This document shows, piece by piece, positions 8,993 to 18,275 of a stretch of DNA of 64,000 nucleotides. Below the pieces are notes generated by a model. That model made no database searches. It had not been told where the DNA came from and worked only from the letters and a program-made list of their open reading frames with translations. The DNA comes from Bryobacteraceae bacterium (GTDB lineage: Bacteria > Acidobacteriota > Terriglobia > Bryobacterales > Bryobacteraceae), in assembly GCA_045807905.1 (NCBI GenBank), contig JBJMGM010000144.1, forward strand, positions 871 to 64,870, given 5' to 3'. Numbering within the stretch: the first letter of the stretch is position 1; each line of letters begins with the position of its first letter. A program made the position numbers and the translations under genes.

Positions 8993-9814
8993 CTAGCTGC
9001 ATTGCTCTGCTTGCGGCTCATCTGCGGCCGCTACAGGGAAGACCAAATCGACTATTACCGCTACGGTGAGAACGGACATCGGCGCGTACAAAGCAAAGAG
9101 CGCGAAGCGGCGTTCTCCGAGCGCACCGCAGATCGCTCCGATAAAGAAGCCCATCCATAAGCCCGCGGCTAGTGCTGCATGCTGCAGGAATTTTTGGCAA
9201 GGTGATACGCGCAGAACCTTATAGAGGCCGGTCCATCGGCGACCGCGTGTGCGATCTCGAAACCAGAATGCGTGGTCGACTATGGCTTCTGAGCACTTCG
9301 ATAAAGATCGTGTCAGATATGTCGTATAAACGCGGAGACCATTGATCCGAGTTACCGTCACAGTTTGCACTCCCATAGCCGCGGCCGGCAACGAGAGCAA
9401 CACATACCCGATCACGCCTGAGGGGAGCGCCAGTCGTGCATCATCGAGATATCGTGATCCAAGCGCAATGAACGCAGCGAGCAGCAATAGCTCAGTGGCA
9501 AGTGCGGTTGCGAAAGACGAATGAAATCCTTTGCGACGCGCTGCTTTTGTCATTGCTGCACTGTAAAGCAGGCCGCCGAGAAACGGCAGAATCACCCATC
9601 CGTGGTGAAAGGCGTCATTCCATTTCCCTTGAGCGATATCGCCGGCGAAAGAGGCTGTGTTCCCTGTCATGTGTGACGTGTATACATGATTCAAAACCAA
9701 CCAACCCGTCGCATCCACGAATCCTGCGGCCCACGCGAGCAAGACAGCAATCCACGCTTTCGGGTGGCCAGGGAGACGGTTGCATGGTCGTCTTGAGTAT
9801 GCCGTCGTCTTCAC
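8993..9814 (-). CDS. YoaK/UPF0700 (DUF1275) family membrane protein
   Basis: 273 aa, multi-TM. GFVDATGWLVLNHVYTSHMTGNTA matches the DUF1275 signature as I recall it. The GTG start overlaps the upstream stop (GTGA). Confidence 0.7.
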   Translation of the reverse strand: MKTTAYSRRPCNRLPGHPKAWIAVLLAWAAGFVDATGWLVLNHVYTSHMTGNTASFAGDIAQGKWNDAFHHGWVILPFLGGLLYSAAMTKAARRKGFHSSFATALATELLLLAAFIALGSRYLDDARLALPSGVIGYVLLSLPAAAMGVQTVTVTRINGLRVYTTYLTRSLSKCSEAIVDHAFWFRDRTRGRRWTGLYKVLRVSPCQKFLQHAALAAGLWMGFFIGAICGALGERRFALFALYAPMSVLTVAVIVDLVFPVAAADEPQAEQCS

Positions 9815-10233
9815 CGGTCGCCCATCGCTGATGCGGGAGGTTCCAACCGGCCTTCCTTAGCCCCCAATGTGATTCGTTCTGCTCGTCGCTGCCCAGCTGA
9901 AGATTCCTTCTCGATCTCTTTGGCGAGAAAGTAATTCAGTGCGGTTCGCAGGGCCGCGATTGCGGCGAGTTGCTCAATGTCGTTCCAGGTCGGCGTGATT
10001 GCAGTGCGCAGGATGTCAGCTGCTAGCTCAAACTCAAGTGCGACGGCAAGCCAGCGTCCCAAGGTGAGCCGCACTTCGTTTTTGGCTTCAGGCGGCGCAC
10101 CGCGATGCACAAACAGACTCAGCGCCTTTATGGTTGCCTCGATAGCAGCAACACCGATGATGATCGCGGCAGCGAGCTCGACTCCACGCGAAAGGTAGTC
10201 AATCAGGCTTTTCGCTTCATTAAAAAGCCACAT
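9811..10233 (-). CDS. DUF1622-like small membrane protein
   Basis: 140 aa. I associate AAIIIGVAAIEA and LTLGRWLAVALEFELAADILRTA with DUF1622. The gene is translationally coupled to the downstream YoaK-like gene. Confidence 0.6.
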   Translation of the reverse strand: MWLFNEAKSLIDYLSRGVELAAAIIIGVAAIEATIKALSLFVHRGAPPEAKNEVRLTLGRWLAVALEFELAADILRTAITPTWNDIEQLAAIAALRTALNYFLAKEIEKESSAGQRRAERITLGAKEGRLEPPASAMGDR

Positions 10234-10302
10234 AGGGCACGCTTCAGAGATTGAGAGGGCTTGTTCAGTTGCTCAATGGCCCTGGCCCGAGCCTCGAACG
10301 CG

Positions 10303-13300
10303 TTACTCTGGCCTGTGGTGGCGCATGCCCCACCACAGACCGGCCCCTGCGAGCGCGGCTGCAGAAGCGATGATGCCTACCGGTACTGCCGGAGTCGGTG
10401 CGACTCTTGCGAAGTTGGTTTCCGGGAGTACGCCATGAGGCCCGCTAGGACCTTCGTGGAGCGCCATCTGCATCACCTGCGCGAAATGCAGCGCGCGACG
10501 GTCGCTTTCTTGCCGGATCATTTCACGGCAACTGAAGCCATCTGTCACGATCAGCTCGTCTTGCGCTGCCTGGCGGACAGACGGCAGAAGCACGCGCTCT
10601 CCGCAGGCCAGGCCGACATCGTAGTGATCGGCCTCGTAACCGAACGACCCGGCCATTCCGCAGCAGCCCGAATCAGGTACATGGCAGTCGAGGCCTGCCT
10701 TTTTGAGCAGGTCAACCTCTTGTTCAAAATGAAGCTGCGATTTGTGGTGGCAGTGGCCATGTACGACCGCCTTCCTCTGGAGCCGCGGCGGGTGATAATC
10801 CTTCACCTTGTCGTGCAGAAATTCACTCAGGATAAAAGTTTGCGCGTTGAGCCGCTTAGCGTCCTCATCGTTTGAAAGAAGGTTTGTCAACTCATCACGA
10901 AATACGGTCGCACAACTCGGCTCGAGTGCAACGATTGGAATGCCGGCCCGAATCGGCTCGCGCAGTGTATCTAGGATCTGCCGCAATAAGCCTTTGGCCG
11001 TATCGAGCATTCCGTAATCGTAGAGCGGGCGCCCGCAGCACAGGCTCTGCTTGGGAACGCGTACCTGGAAACCGGCGTGCTCCAGAACCTCGACTGCCGC
11101 TTTCGCTACTGCCGGCGTGAAGTGGTTGTTGAAAGTATCGGCCCACAAGATGACGGGGGGCTTGCCATTGTTGGGGCGGGCATCTTCGTTGTTCCGGGCA
11201 CGTCGCGCGAACCATTGCTTGAATGTCTCGGGCGCGAACGGCGGAATCTGGCGTTTCTGCGAGTAGCCGCCCACGAGTTTTGTCAAGCTATTCAGGCCGG
11301 GAGTTTGCGTGAAAAAGTTGGCCGTCGCGGGCATGTGTGCGGCCGCGCGCGACCACCAGTAGATCAATCCGGATGCGTAGGCGTAACGCGGCCGGAGGCG
11401 CCGTTCGTAGTAGTGCGACAGAAACTCGGCCTTGTACGTGGCCATATCGACCTGCACGGGGCAGTCATGCTTGCAACCTTTGCAGGAGAGACATAGGTCG
11501 AGTGCTTCACGAACGGCTTCGCTTCTCCAGCCATCTTTGATGACCTCGCCGCGAATCATTTCATTCAGCAGGCGAGCCCGGCCGCGAGTCGAATGTTTTT
11601 CCTCTCGAGTGACCATGTAGCTGGGGCACATGGTTTCATCGCCGCTCTCATGACGGCGGCACACACCGGCCCCCACGCATCGGTCGCTTGCGTAACCAAA
11701 ACTGTGATGATCGTCGGGAAAATGGAAGTGCGTTTTCACCGACGGTAACTCGTAGCCGGTGCCCTCCCGAAGGTTTTGGTCCACTCTATAGGCGTCGATG
11801 ACCTTGCCCGGGTTCAGTTTCCACTCCGGATCCCAAATGGACTTGAACTCGCGGAAGGCGTTGATCATTTCCGGACTATACATGCGCGACAGCAATTCCC
11901 CCCGTGCCTGGCCATCGCCGTGTTCGCCGGAAAGCGAGCCGTTGTAGCTGACTACCAGATCGGACGCCTCCTCCACAAAATGCCGGAAGTTTCGGATGCC
12001 TTCGGCAGTGCGCAAGTCGAATGTCAGACGAGTGTGGACACAGCCCTGGCCAAAGTGTCCATACAGCGGACCGACGTAGTTGAACTTATCCATCAGCTTT
12101 TTGAAATCGCGCAGATATGGGCCAAGCCTGTCAGGCGGGACGGATGCGTCTTCCCACCCTTCATGGTTCTCCGGCATATCCGGTACTTTCGCTGTCGCGC
12201 CCAGACCTTCTTCGCGCAGATGCCAGATGAACTTCTCCTCCGCTGGATCGTCGAAGAGTTTCATAGGCGGAGCATTGCCGTGTTTTTTGAAGTCGTCCAT
12301 GCATTTGCGAGCATTCGCGTCGGATTCGGTCTTGTCCTTGCCGCCGAACTCGACTAACAACCATGCCTTTCCTTCCGGCATGAAGCTCATATTGGGCGGA
12401 TGCAGATGCTTCTTCTTCATGTAGTCGATGAACGTGTCATCGAGTGCCTCCAGGCCAACCGGACCGAACTTTATTGGCTCAACAACGTTATCGGCCGCCG
12501 CAAAGATATCGGGATAGCCAAACACGAGGAGGGATCGCACGGGTGGATTGTAAACGAGCTTCGCTTTGGCCTCAACCACCAGAGCACAGGTGCCCTCCGT
12601 GCCGACTAAGGCCTTGGCGACATTGAATCCGTGCTCTGGAAGCAATGCGGGCAAATTGAAGCCAGATACCCGTCGCGGAATCATTGGGAACTCTTTGCGG
12701 ATCTCATCCGCATATCTGTCGCGAAGTTCCTTTAGAGCGCGATAGATCTCGCCTTTACGCCCCCCTTCCCGGAGGATGCGCCCCAGATCGTCGTCGCTCG
12801 TGGCGCCGACTCTCATACGAGTGCCGTCGTAAGTGATGACGTCGATCTCGTCGATGTTGTCTAGGGTCTCGCCCGCCATGACCGAGTGAATGCCGCAAGA
12901 ATTGTTGCCGATCATGCCGCCGAGACTGTTGCGGTTGTGCGTGGCAGGGTCGGGGCCAAAGGTAAGGTTGTGCTTGCCGGCCGCTTTGCGTAGCTCATCG
13001 AGCACGATACCCGGCTGCACGCGGGCATATTTTTCCTGCGGATTCATCTCCGTTATCTGGTTCATGTACCTGGAGAAATCGAGCAGCACCGCAACGTTTA
13101 CCGTTTGCCCAGGAATGCCTGTACCACCGCCTCGAGCTACGATTGGCGCACCGTGATGGCGGCAGACCGCGAGTGTATGCAGGACATCATCAGCGTCTTT
13201 TGGCAGTACGACGCCAATCGGAATCATCCGATAATTCCCAGCATCGGAGGCGTACATGCCGCGGGCGCCGTCGCTGAAGCCGACTTCGCCCTTTACGCCG

Positions 13301-13446
13301 GCACGGAGTTCCTTTTCAAGCGCTGCCAGATCAATGGTCGTAGTGGAATCGGTCCCAGTTTGCAGCCGGTTTTCGATGTGTGTTGGTGGCGTTTTGGTTG
13401 TGATTCGGATCAGAGAGTCAGAGATTTGTGTTTCTATGGTCGGCAT
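10303..13446 (-). CDS. FAD-linked oxidase fused to Fe-S/CCG domains (YdiJ/GlcD-GlcF-like D-2-hydroxyacid dehydrogenase), C-terminal TM anchor
   Basis: 1047 aa. The FAD_binding_4 region reads IVARGGGTGIPGQ. A ferredoxin-like region carries CPSYMVTREEKHSTRGRA and CLSCKGCKHDCP. Two CCG motifs are present (CCGRPLYDYG, CCGMAGSFGYE). The terminal hydrophobic helix is VGIIASAAALAGAGLWWGM. Confidence 0.8.
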   Translation of the reverse strand: MPTIETQISDSLIRITTKTPPTHIENRLQTGTDSTTTIDLAALEKELRAGVKGEVGFSDGARGMYASDAGNYRMIPIGVVLPKDADDVLHTLAVCRHHGAPIVARGGGTGIPGQTVNVAVLLDFSRYMNQITEMNPQEKYARVQPGIVLDELRKAAGKHNLTFGPDPATHNRNSLGGMIGNNSCGIHSVMAGETLDNIDEIDVITYDGTRMRVGATSDDDLGRILREGGRKGEIYRALKELRDRYADEIRKEFPMIPRRVSGFNLPALLPEHGFNVAKALVGTEGTCALVVEAKAKLVYNPPVRSLLVFGYPDIFAAADNVVEPIKFGPVGLEALDDTFIDYMKKKHLHPPNMSFMPEGKAWLLVEFGGKDKTESDANARKCMDDFKKHGNAPPMKLFDDPAEEKFIWHLREEGLGATAKVPDMPENHEGWEDASVPPDRLGPYLRDFKKLMDKFNYVGPLYGHFGQGCVHTRLTFDLRTAEGIRNFRHFVEEASDLVVSYNGSLSGEHGDGQARGELLSRMYSPEMINAFREFKSIWDPEWKLNPGKVIDAYRVDQNLREGTGYELPSVKTHFHFPDDHHSFGYASDRCVGAGVCRRHESGDETMCPSYMVTREEKHSTRGRARLLNEMIRGEVIKDGWRSEAVREALDLCLSCKGCKHDCPVQVDMATYKAEFLSHYYERRLRPRYAYASGLIYWWSRAAAHMPATANFFTQTPGLNSLTKLVGGYSQKRQIPPFAPETFKQWFARRARNNEDARPNNGKPPVILWADTFNNHFTPAVAKAAVEVLEHAGFQVRVPKQSLCCGRPLYDYGMLDTAKGLLRQILDTLREPIRAGIPIVALEPSCATVFRDELTNLLSNDEDAKRLNAQTFILSEFLHDKVKDYHPPRLQRKAVVHGHCHHKSQLHFEQEVDLLKKAGLDCHVPDSGCCGMAGSFGYEADHYDVGLACGERVLLPSVRQAAQDELIVTDGFSCREMIRQESDRRALHFAQVMQMALHEGPSGPHGVLPETNFARVAPTPAVPVGIIASAAALAGAGLWWGMRHHRPE

Positions 13447-13457
13447 GAGTTTTGCTT

Positions 13458-14714
13458 CTACAACAGATTCCCGGCTTCGTTGAAGGGAAGAGGCACTGGC
13501 CCTTCAAGCACCTGCAGGTTCGAATTTTGCTTGACTTGTGTTAGCAGCGCGTCCGAAATCCAGAAATCATCCAGGCGAGCGGTATTTTTGATGCGGCAAA
13601 CGCGCGGATCGGATCCCGCCAGAGACGAAAACAAAGCCACTTCGATGGCCTCTTGGTCGGAATACAGGGCGAGTGGAAGGGGACCCTCACGGGTATTTCC
13701 GCCCGGTTCCGACGCGGTTAGAAGATTGACGTAGCTGACCGTTGGATCGAAGGCTTCAGTGAAACGGCGAGTGGTAAAGTCGGCCATGCCAATGCCCAAC
13801 CCATTCCCGAGTGAGGCGTGGGTAAGGGAGAGGACGACAATGCGCTTGTAATTGGGGTGATGAGGCGCATCAGAATTTCGCCAATGCCCGATCACGTTGG
13901 GGTCCATGCCGGCGCCAGAAATCGTTTTACCAAGTTCGTCGACAACTAAAACGTCGAGCTCGTCAAACGGGAGTCGAGCAAAATGCTGCTTAGCCAGGTG
14001 TAGCAGCCGCATATCGGCCTCGAGAAAGGCATCGTAAGAGGGCTGAACTATTTCGATGGCGCAGGGGTGCCGATAACCGTTCTCTACAACAGCAACACCG
14101 CAGAGAATTTTTGACTTCGCCAATTGAATTTTTGGTACAGCGCGCACCGATTCCCAGAGGCCGTGGCTGTGCGCCTGATGCGCTCCGGTCTGCTTACCCA
14201 GGCCGACGGTGCACATTTTGAGCAGGCCGGACGCAAGCTCGGCGGCTGATTCTGGATGTGTCTTCGTGCGGCCGAGCACGATGATACCGTCAGCTTCAGC
14301 GGCGAACCTATCGAGGTGAGCAATCGCGCCGTTCTCAGATGGGCCTAACTCGAGCGTTTCCATTGTGGCTCGGATGGGGGCACCGGTTGATTGCTCGGAC
14401 ACCCCGAGGCGATTCAGAATCTCGGTTTGACCTTCCGGTGTTGCGCCACCGTGACTGCCCATTGCCGGGATAATGAACGGCGCACCGCCACAGGATTTCA
14501 CGGCATCGGCGATGCCGGACAACAACTCAATGAACGCACCGATCCCGCGGCTTCCCGCAGTTATGGCGATGCGATTTCCCGGTTTGACCTTTTCACCGAG
14601 GCTGAACTCAAGGAGCTTCTCCTTTACGTCGGCGCGGACATTCTCAATATGGTCGGACGGAAGATTCTGGAGCACATGCGCCATGCTGGGCAGATTGCGG
14701 CGCGGCAGCGGCAT
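13458..14714 (-). CDS. LarA-like / DUF2088 (lactate-racemase N-domain) family protein, paralogue 1
   Basis: NRIAITAGSRG, FIIPAMGSHGGATPEGQ, KTHPESAAELASGLLKMCTVGLGK, LVVDELGKTISGAGMD and NLLTASEPGG follow the layout of LarA-type proteins. The start is set at MPLPRR (14714) because the paralogue at 30061 starts MDLPRF. The ORF-track start at 14735 would overlap poxB. Confidence 0.55.
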   Translation of the reverse strand: MPLPRRNLPSMAHVLQNLPSDHIENVRADVKEKLLEFSLGEKVKPGNRIAITAGSRGIGAFIELLSGIADAVKSCGGAPFIIPAMGSHGGATPEGQTEILNRLGVSEQSTGAPIRATMETLELGPSENGAIAHLDRFAAEADGIIVLGRTKTHPESAAELASGLLKMCTVGLGKQTGAHQAHSHGLWESVRAVPKIQLAKSKILCGVAVVENGYRHPCAIEIVQPSYDAFLEADMRLLHLAKQHFARLPFDELDVLVVDELGKTISGAGMDPNVIGHWRNSDAPHHPNYKRIVVLSLTHASLGNGLGIGMADFTTRRFTEAFDPTVSYVNLLTASEPGGNTREGPLPLALYSDQEAIEVALFSSLAGSDPRVCRIKNTARLDDFWISDALLTQVKQNSNLQVLEGPVPLPFNEAGNLL

Positions 14715-14721
14715 CGTCGCT

Positions 14722-16476
14722 CTAGACGACTTCACGGACCTTGTCCTCCATCACCGTCTTGATAATTTTCCAGCCTTCCTTTTGTCCTTTGACCAGCGCT
14801 TCAGAGAATTTCAGAGCCTGCTCCGTGTTGATTTGACCCGGCATAGGCGGTTCATTCGGATCGACGACCGCCTGAATCACGGCCGGACCAGGATGTGCGA
14901 GTGCCTGCCGGAGAACAGACTCGGCTTCTTCCGGATGCTCGATCGTGAAGCCGGCCGCTCCGCAGTTCATCGCAAAACCCGCGAAATCGATCGGCTGCAA
15001 CTGCACTCCAAATTGCGGATTTCCTTCGAGCACCATCTGTTCCCACTTGATCATGCCGAGGACATTGTTTTTGATGACAATTACCTTGACGTTCAGGTTG
15101 TATTTGACGAGTGTGGCGACTTCGCCCATCAACATCGTCAATCCACCATCGCCGACGACGCAGACGACCTGGCGGTCAGGATACGCAACCGCGGCACCGA
15201 TGCTATACGGCAACCCGTTGGCCATGGTGGCGAGCGATCCAGACAAAGAAAACTGCATATCGTCGCGCATGTCGATGTACCTTGCCGCCCAGGTCGCGAT
15301 GGTGCCGCTATCGGAGGAGACGATGGCATTACTGTTCAGGAGCTTGTTGAGCTCGTATGTGACCACTTGTGGCTTCATCGGCATGTCGGTTCGCGTACCG
15401 CGCTCTTCCATGAGCTTGTTCCAACTCGCCATCCGCTTCTGGGATTTCTTCAGAAACGAATCGTCACTCTTTCGCTTGAGAAGTGGGAGTAAAGCGCGCA
15501 GGACAGTGCGGCAGTCTCCAATCAAACCCAGGTCCACGGGATGACGGAGGCCGATCCGCGTAGCAGCGACGTCGATTTGTACTGTCTTCGCCTGTCCGGG
15601 CTTGGGATAAAACTCAATATAAGGAAAGCTGGAGCCGGCGATGATCAGCGTGTCGCATTCCTGGAGTGCATCTTGGGAGGGAGCAGTGCCGAGCAGACCG
15701 ATGCCGCCCGTCGTATAAGGGCTCCGGTCGGGAATCACGGCCTTTCCGAGCAGCGGCTTGATGATCGGTCCGGCTACTGTCTTCGCAAGCTCAAGGACTT
15801 CCTCGCGAGCGTTTAGGCAGCCGCGCCCAGCCATGATGGCGACTTTCGAGCCCTTGTTGATCAGCTTAGCGGCGGCTTCAAGAGATTCTTGCGGAGGCAC
15901 GGCATGAGCGGCAGTGTATGTGTGCGAGCTGTGTTTTGGAATGTTCGCGGATGAGCGCTCGTCTTGCGATGAGGTCCAGTCCTGGATGTCCTTCGGGATA
16001 GTGATGTGTGTGACCGTGCGGTACGCAACAGCGGTCTTGATGGCTTCGTCAACGACGTTCACCACGTGGGCGGGGCCCATGACGCGCTGGTTGTATGCGG
16101 CCACGTCCATGAACAGCTTGTCGAGGTCGACATCTTGCTGATAATGCGTGCCGATCAGATCGTGAAACGTGTGACCCGTAATTGCGAGCACGGGCTGGCC
16201 ATCACACTTGGCATCGTATAAGCCGTTCAGGAGATGAATACCGCCCGGACCGGAAGTGGCAATGCAGACGCCAAGTCGCCCGGTGTACTTCGCATAGCCG
16301 CACGCTGCGAAGGCGGCCGCTTCTTCGTGGCGGACCTGGATAAACTTGATCTTTTTCTCGTGAGTACGAAGCGCGTCGAAAATTCCGTTTACGCCGTCGC
16401 CCGGGAAGCCAAAGATCGTTTCAATCCCCCAGTCGACCAATCGCTCGACCAACAAGTCTGCTACCGTTTTGGCCAT
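14722..16476 (-). CDS. poxB: thiamine-diphosphate-dependent pyruvate dehydrogenase (quinone)/pyruvate oxidase, PoxB-like
   Basis: 584 aa with an AAGGAG SD. RHEEAAAFAACGYAKYTGRLGVCIATSGPGGIHLLNGLYDA and the ThDP motif GDGGLTMLMGE...NN are present. Overall order and length match E. coli PoxB as I recall it. Confidence 0.75.
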   Translation of the reverse strand: MAKTVADLLVERLVDWGIETIFGFPGDGVNGIFDALRTHEKKIKFIQVRHEEAAAFAACGYAKYTGRLGVCIATSGPGGIHLLNGLYDAKCDGQPVLAITGHTFHDLIGTHYQQDVDLDKLFMDVAAYNQRVMGPAHVVNVVDEAIKTAVAYRTVTHITIPKDIQDWTSSQDERSSANIPKHSSHTYTAAHAVPPQESLEAAAKLINKGSKVAIMAGRGCLNAREEVLELAKTVAGPIIKPLLGKAVIPDRSPYTTGGIGLLGTAPSQDALQECDTLIIAGSSFPYIEFYPKPGQAKTVQIDVAATRIGLRHPVDLGLIGDCRTVLRALLPLLKRKSDDSFLKKSQKRMASWNKLMEERGTRTDMPMKPQVVTYELNKLLNSNAIVSSDSGTIATWAARYIDMRDDMQFSLSGSLATMANGLPYSIGAAVAYPDRQVVCVVGDGGLTMLMGEVATLVKYNLNVKVIVIKNNVLGMIKWEQMVLEGNPQFGVQLQPIDFAGFAMNCGAAGFTIEHPEEAESVLRQALAHPGPAVIQAVVDPNEPPMPGQINTEQALKFSEALVKGQKEGWKIIKTVMEDKVREVV

Positions 16477-16586
16477 GTCTATTGCTCCTTAAAGCCACCG
16501 CTCAGGGTCGCGAAATTCCCTTTTCATGTGCCGGACGGTCGCGACCAGCAGTACCTACACGCGAATATAGAAAAGAGAGCCTCAAG

Positions 16587-17384
16587 ATGGGGTCAAGAAT
16601 TAGCAGCGGGGCGTCAAGAACTCGTCAAGGAGTTCGGAGAGGGTCCAAAAGGAACGCTCAGAACCCTGCGACCCCTGCCGAGGCCGAGAAACTCCAGAAG
16701 GCTTTGCTGAATTCGATCTCACATAACCTGCGCACCCCGCTGGCCTCGATCATTGGGGCCCTGAGCACTTTGCAACAGGATCAGGAGAGTGCGCGAATTG
16801 ACGACGCGACGCGACGCGAACTGATCGACACAGCCCAGGCCGAGGCCGAACGCCTCAACCGATTGGTCGGAAACCTATTGGACATCAGCCGCCTCGACTC
16901 TGGCGCGGTGCGGGTTCGGAACGACCCCTGTGACGTTCAGGATGTTATCGGTGCGGCATTGGAACAGCTAGCTGGAACGGTGCGCAACCGCTCAATACAG
17001 GTGAGCGTTCCCTCGGAGTTACCCTTCATCCGTATGGATTTTGTGCTGATTGTGCAGGTACTCGTTAATCTACTAGACAATGCCCAGAAGTACTCGCGGG
17101 CAGCGGCTCCGATCGAGGTTGAGGCGCGGTTGTTGAACGATGTACTCGAAGTTTCCGTCTCTGACAGGGGCGACGGCATTCCCGAACAAGAACTAACGAA
17201 TGTCTTCGAAAAATTCAACCGCGCTGGCCGAACAAGCGAAACCGGCGGGATTGGGCTCGGTCTATCCATTTGTAAGGGGCTGGTCGAAGCTCATCGTGGA
17301 AGGATCTGGGCGCAGCGTCGGCACCCAAACGGAACGATCGTCACATTCGCGCTGCCAGGCCATGAATCAACGAACAGCCAGTGA
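16587..17384 (+). CDS. sensor-less histidine kinase corresponding to the C-terminal DHp+CA part of KdpD
   Basis: The H-box LLNSISHNLRTPL lies about 45 residues from the first ATG. N-box LLDNAQKY, G1 DRGDGI and G2 GIGLGLSICKG are present. No TM, Usp or Kdp-sensor domain precedes. An upstream in-frame TTG (16482) would sit on the poxB SD and is unlikely. Confidence 0.75.
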   Translation: MGSRISSGASRTRQGVRRGSKRNAQNPATPAEAEKLQKALLNSISHNLRTPLASIIGALSTLQQDQESARIDDATRRELIDTAQAEAERLNRLVGNLLDISRLDSGAVRVRNDPCDVQDVIGAALEQLAGTVRNRSIQVSVPSELPFIRMDFVLIVQVLVNLLDNAQKYSRAAAPIEVEARLLNDVLEVSVSDRGDGIPEQELTNVFEKFNRAGRTSETGGIGLGLSICKGLVEAHRGRIWAQRRHPNGTIVTFALPGHESTNSQ

Positions 17385-18096
17385 ACGGGTTGGGAGTGAC
17401 GCTGTTCCAAAAGACGGCGCGCGTGTGCTCGTCATCGACGACGAGCAGGGGATTCGTCGATTTATTCGGACGTCCTTGACGACGCAGGGGTACGAGATGT
17501 ATGAGGCGTCGACCGGCCAGGAAGGGTTGCAGTCAGTTCCGATTGTGCGTCCGGACCTGATCATCCTAGATTTCGGACTTCCGGATCTGGATGGGGTAGA
17601 CGTGACGCGCTCGTTGCGTGAATGGACACAAACGCCCATCCTTATTCTGTCGGTGCGGCAACAGGAGTCCGACAAAATAGCCGCTCTTGATGCAGGCGCT
17701 GATGACTATCTCACGAAACCATTCGGCGTCGGAGAGCTACTGGCACGCATCCGAGCGGCTCTACGTCGGACTAATAACACGGACACGGGGGCGGTCTTCG
17801 CGACGGGCGATTTGCAGGTTGATCTTGCGCGCAGGATTGTGCGGGTGAATCACGAAAGCGTTCAACTGACGCCCACGGAATACGATCTGCTCAAAGTGTT
17901 AGTCCGTCATGCCGACAGGGTGCTCACACATCGACAAGTGATCCGCGAAGTTTGGGGCGGAGTCTGTTACGAAAATGAGATGCACTTGCTGCGGGTGAAT
18001 GTCAGCAATCTACGGCGTAAGTTGGAAAGCGACGCGGCGCGCCCTCGTTACATCCTGACGGAACCGGGAGTTGGGTACCGTCTTCGAACCGAGTAA
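17362..18096 (+). CDS. kdpE: OmpR-family response regulator KdpE
   Basis: VLVIDDEQGIRRFIRTSL, DLIILDFGLPDLDG, SDKIAALDAGADDYLTKPFGVGELLARIRAALRR and the winged-helix LTPTEYDLLKVL...RPRYILTEPGVGYR align closely with E. coli KdpE as I remember it. The gene overlaps the kinase gene by 23 nt. Confidence 0.85.
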   Translation: MNQRTASERVGSDAVPKDGARVLVIDDEQGIRRFIRTSLTTQGYEMYEASTGQEGLQSVPIVRPDLIILDFGLPDLDGVDVTRSLREWTQTPILILSVRQQESDKIAALDAGADDYLTKPFGVGELLARIRAALRRTNNTDTGAVFATGDLQVDLARRIVRVNHESVQLTPTEYDLLKVLVRHADRVLTHRQVIREVWGGVCYENEMHLLRVNVSNLRRKLESDAARPRYILTEPGVGYRLRTE

Positions 18097-18275
18097 TCCT
18101 ACCTGCCAATCGCGCCCTTGACGAATTCTTGACGTCGTCCCACATATTCTTGACCCTATTTTGATCCGCCAAAAAGTACAGTTTGGGTGATGGGCTGCCG
18201 AGCGACACACCCGGCTCGAACTCGAACATGCTTTCTGTCGCCACTGAAGGCTTAGGGAGCGTTTGTGAGAAGGCC

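Noticed and set aside
14473-15492. 339-aa ORF on the plus strand
   Set aside because: It is entirely antisense to the well-supported PoxB-like gene. The translation is Arg/His-rich, has no recognisable motifs and no SD. This is a typical shadow ORF of GC-rich coding DNA.
16482-16586. N-terminal extension of the KdpD-like kinase ORF (TTG 16482)
   Set aside because: It would begin 6 nt from the divergent poxB start codon, on top of that gene's SD. The extension has no kinase-related sequence.
18120-18160. Three closely spaced TTGAC motifs upstream of the M24 peptidase gene
   Set aside because: I could not pair any of them with a convincing -10 hexamer at 16-18 nt spacing. No promoter call is justified from sequence alone.
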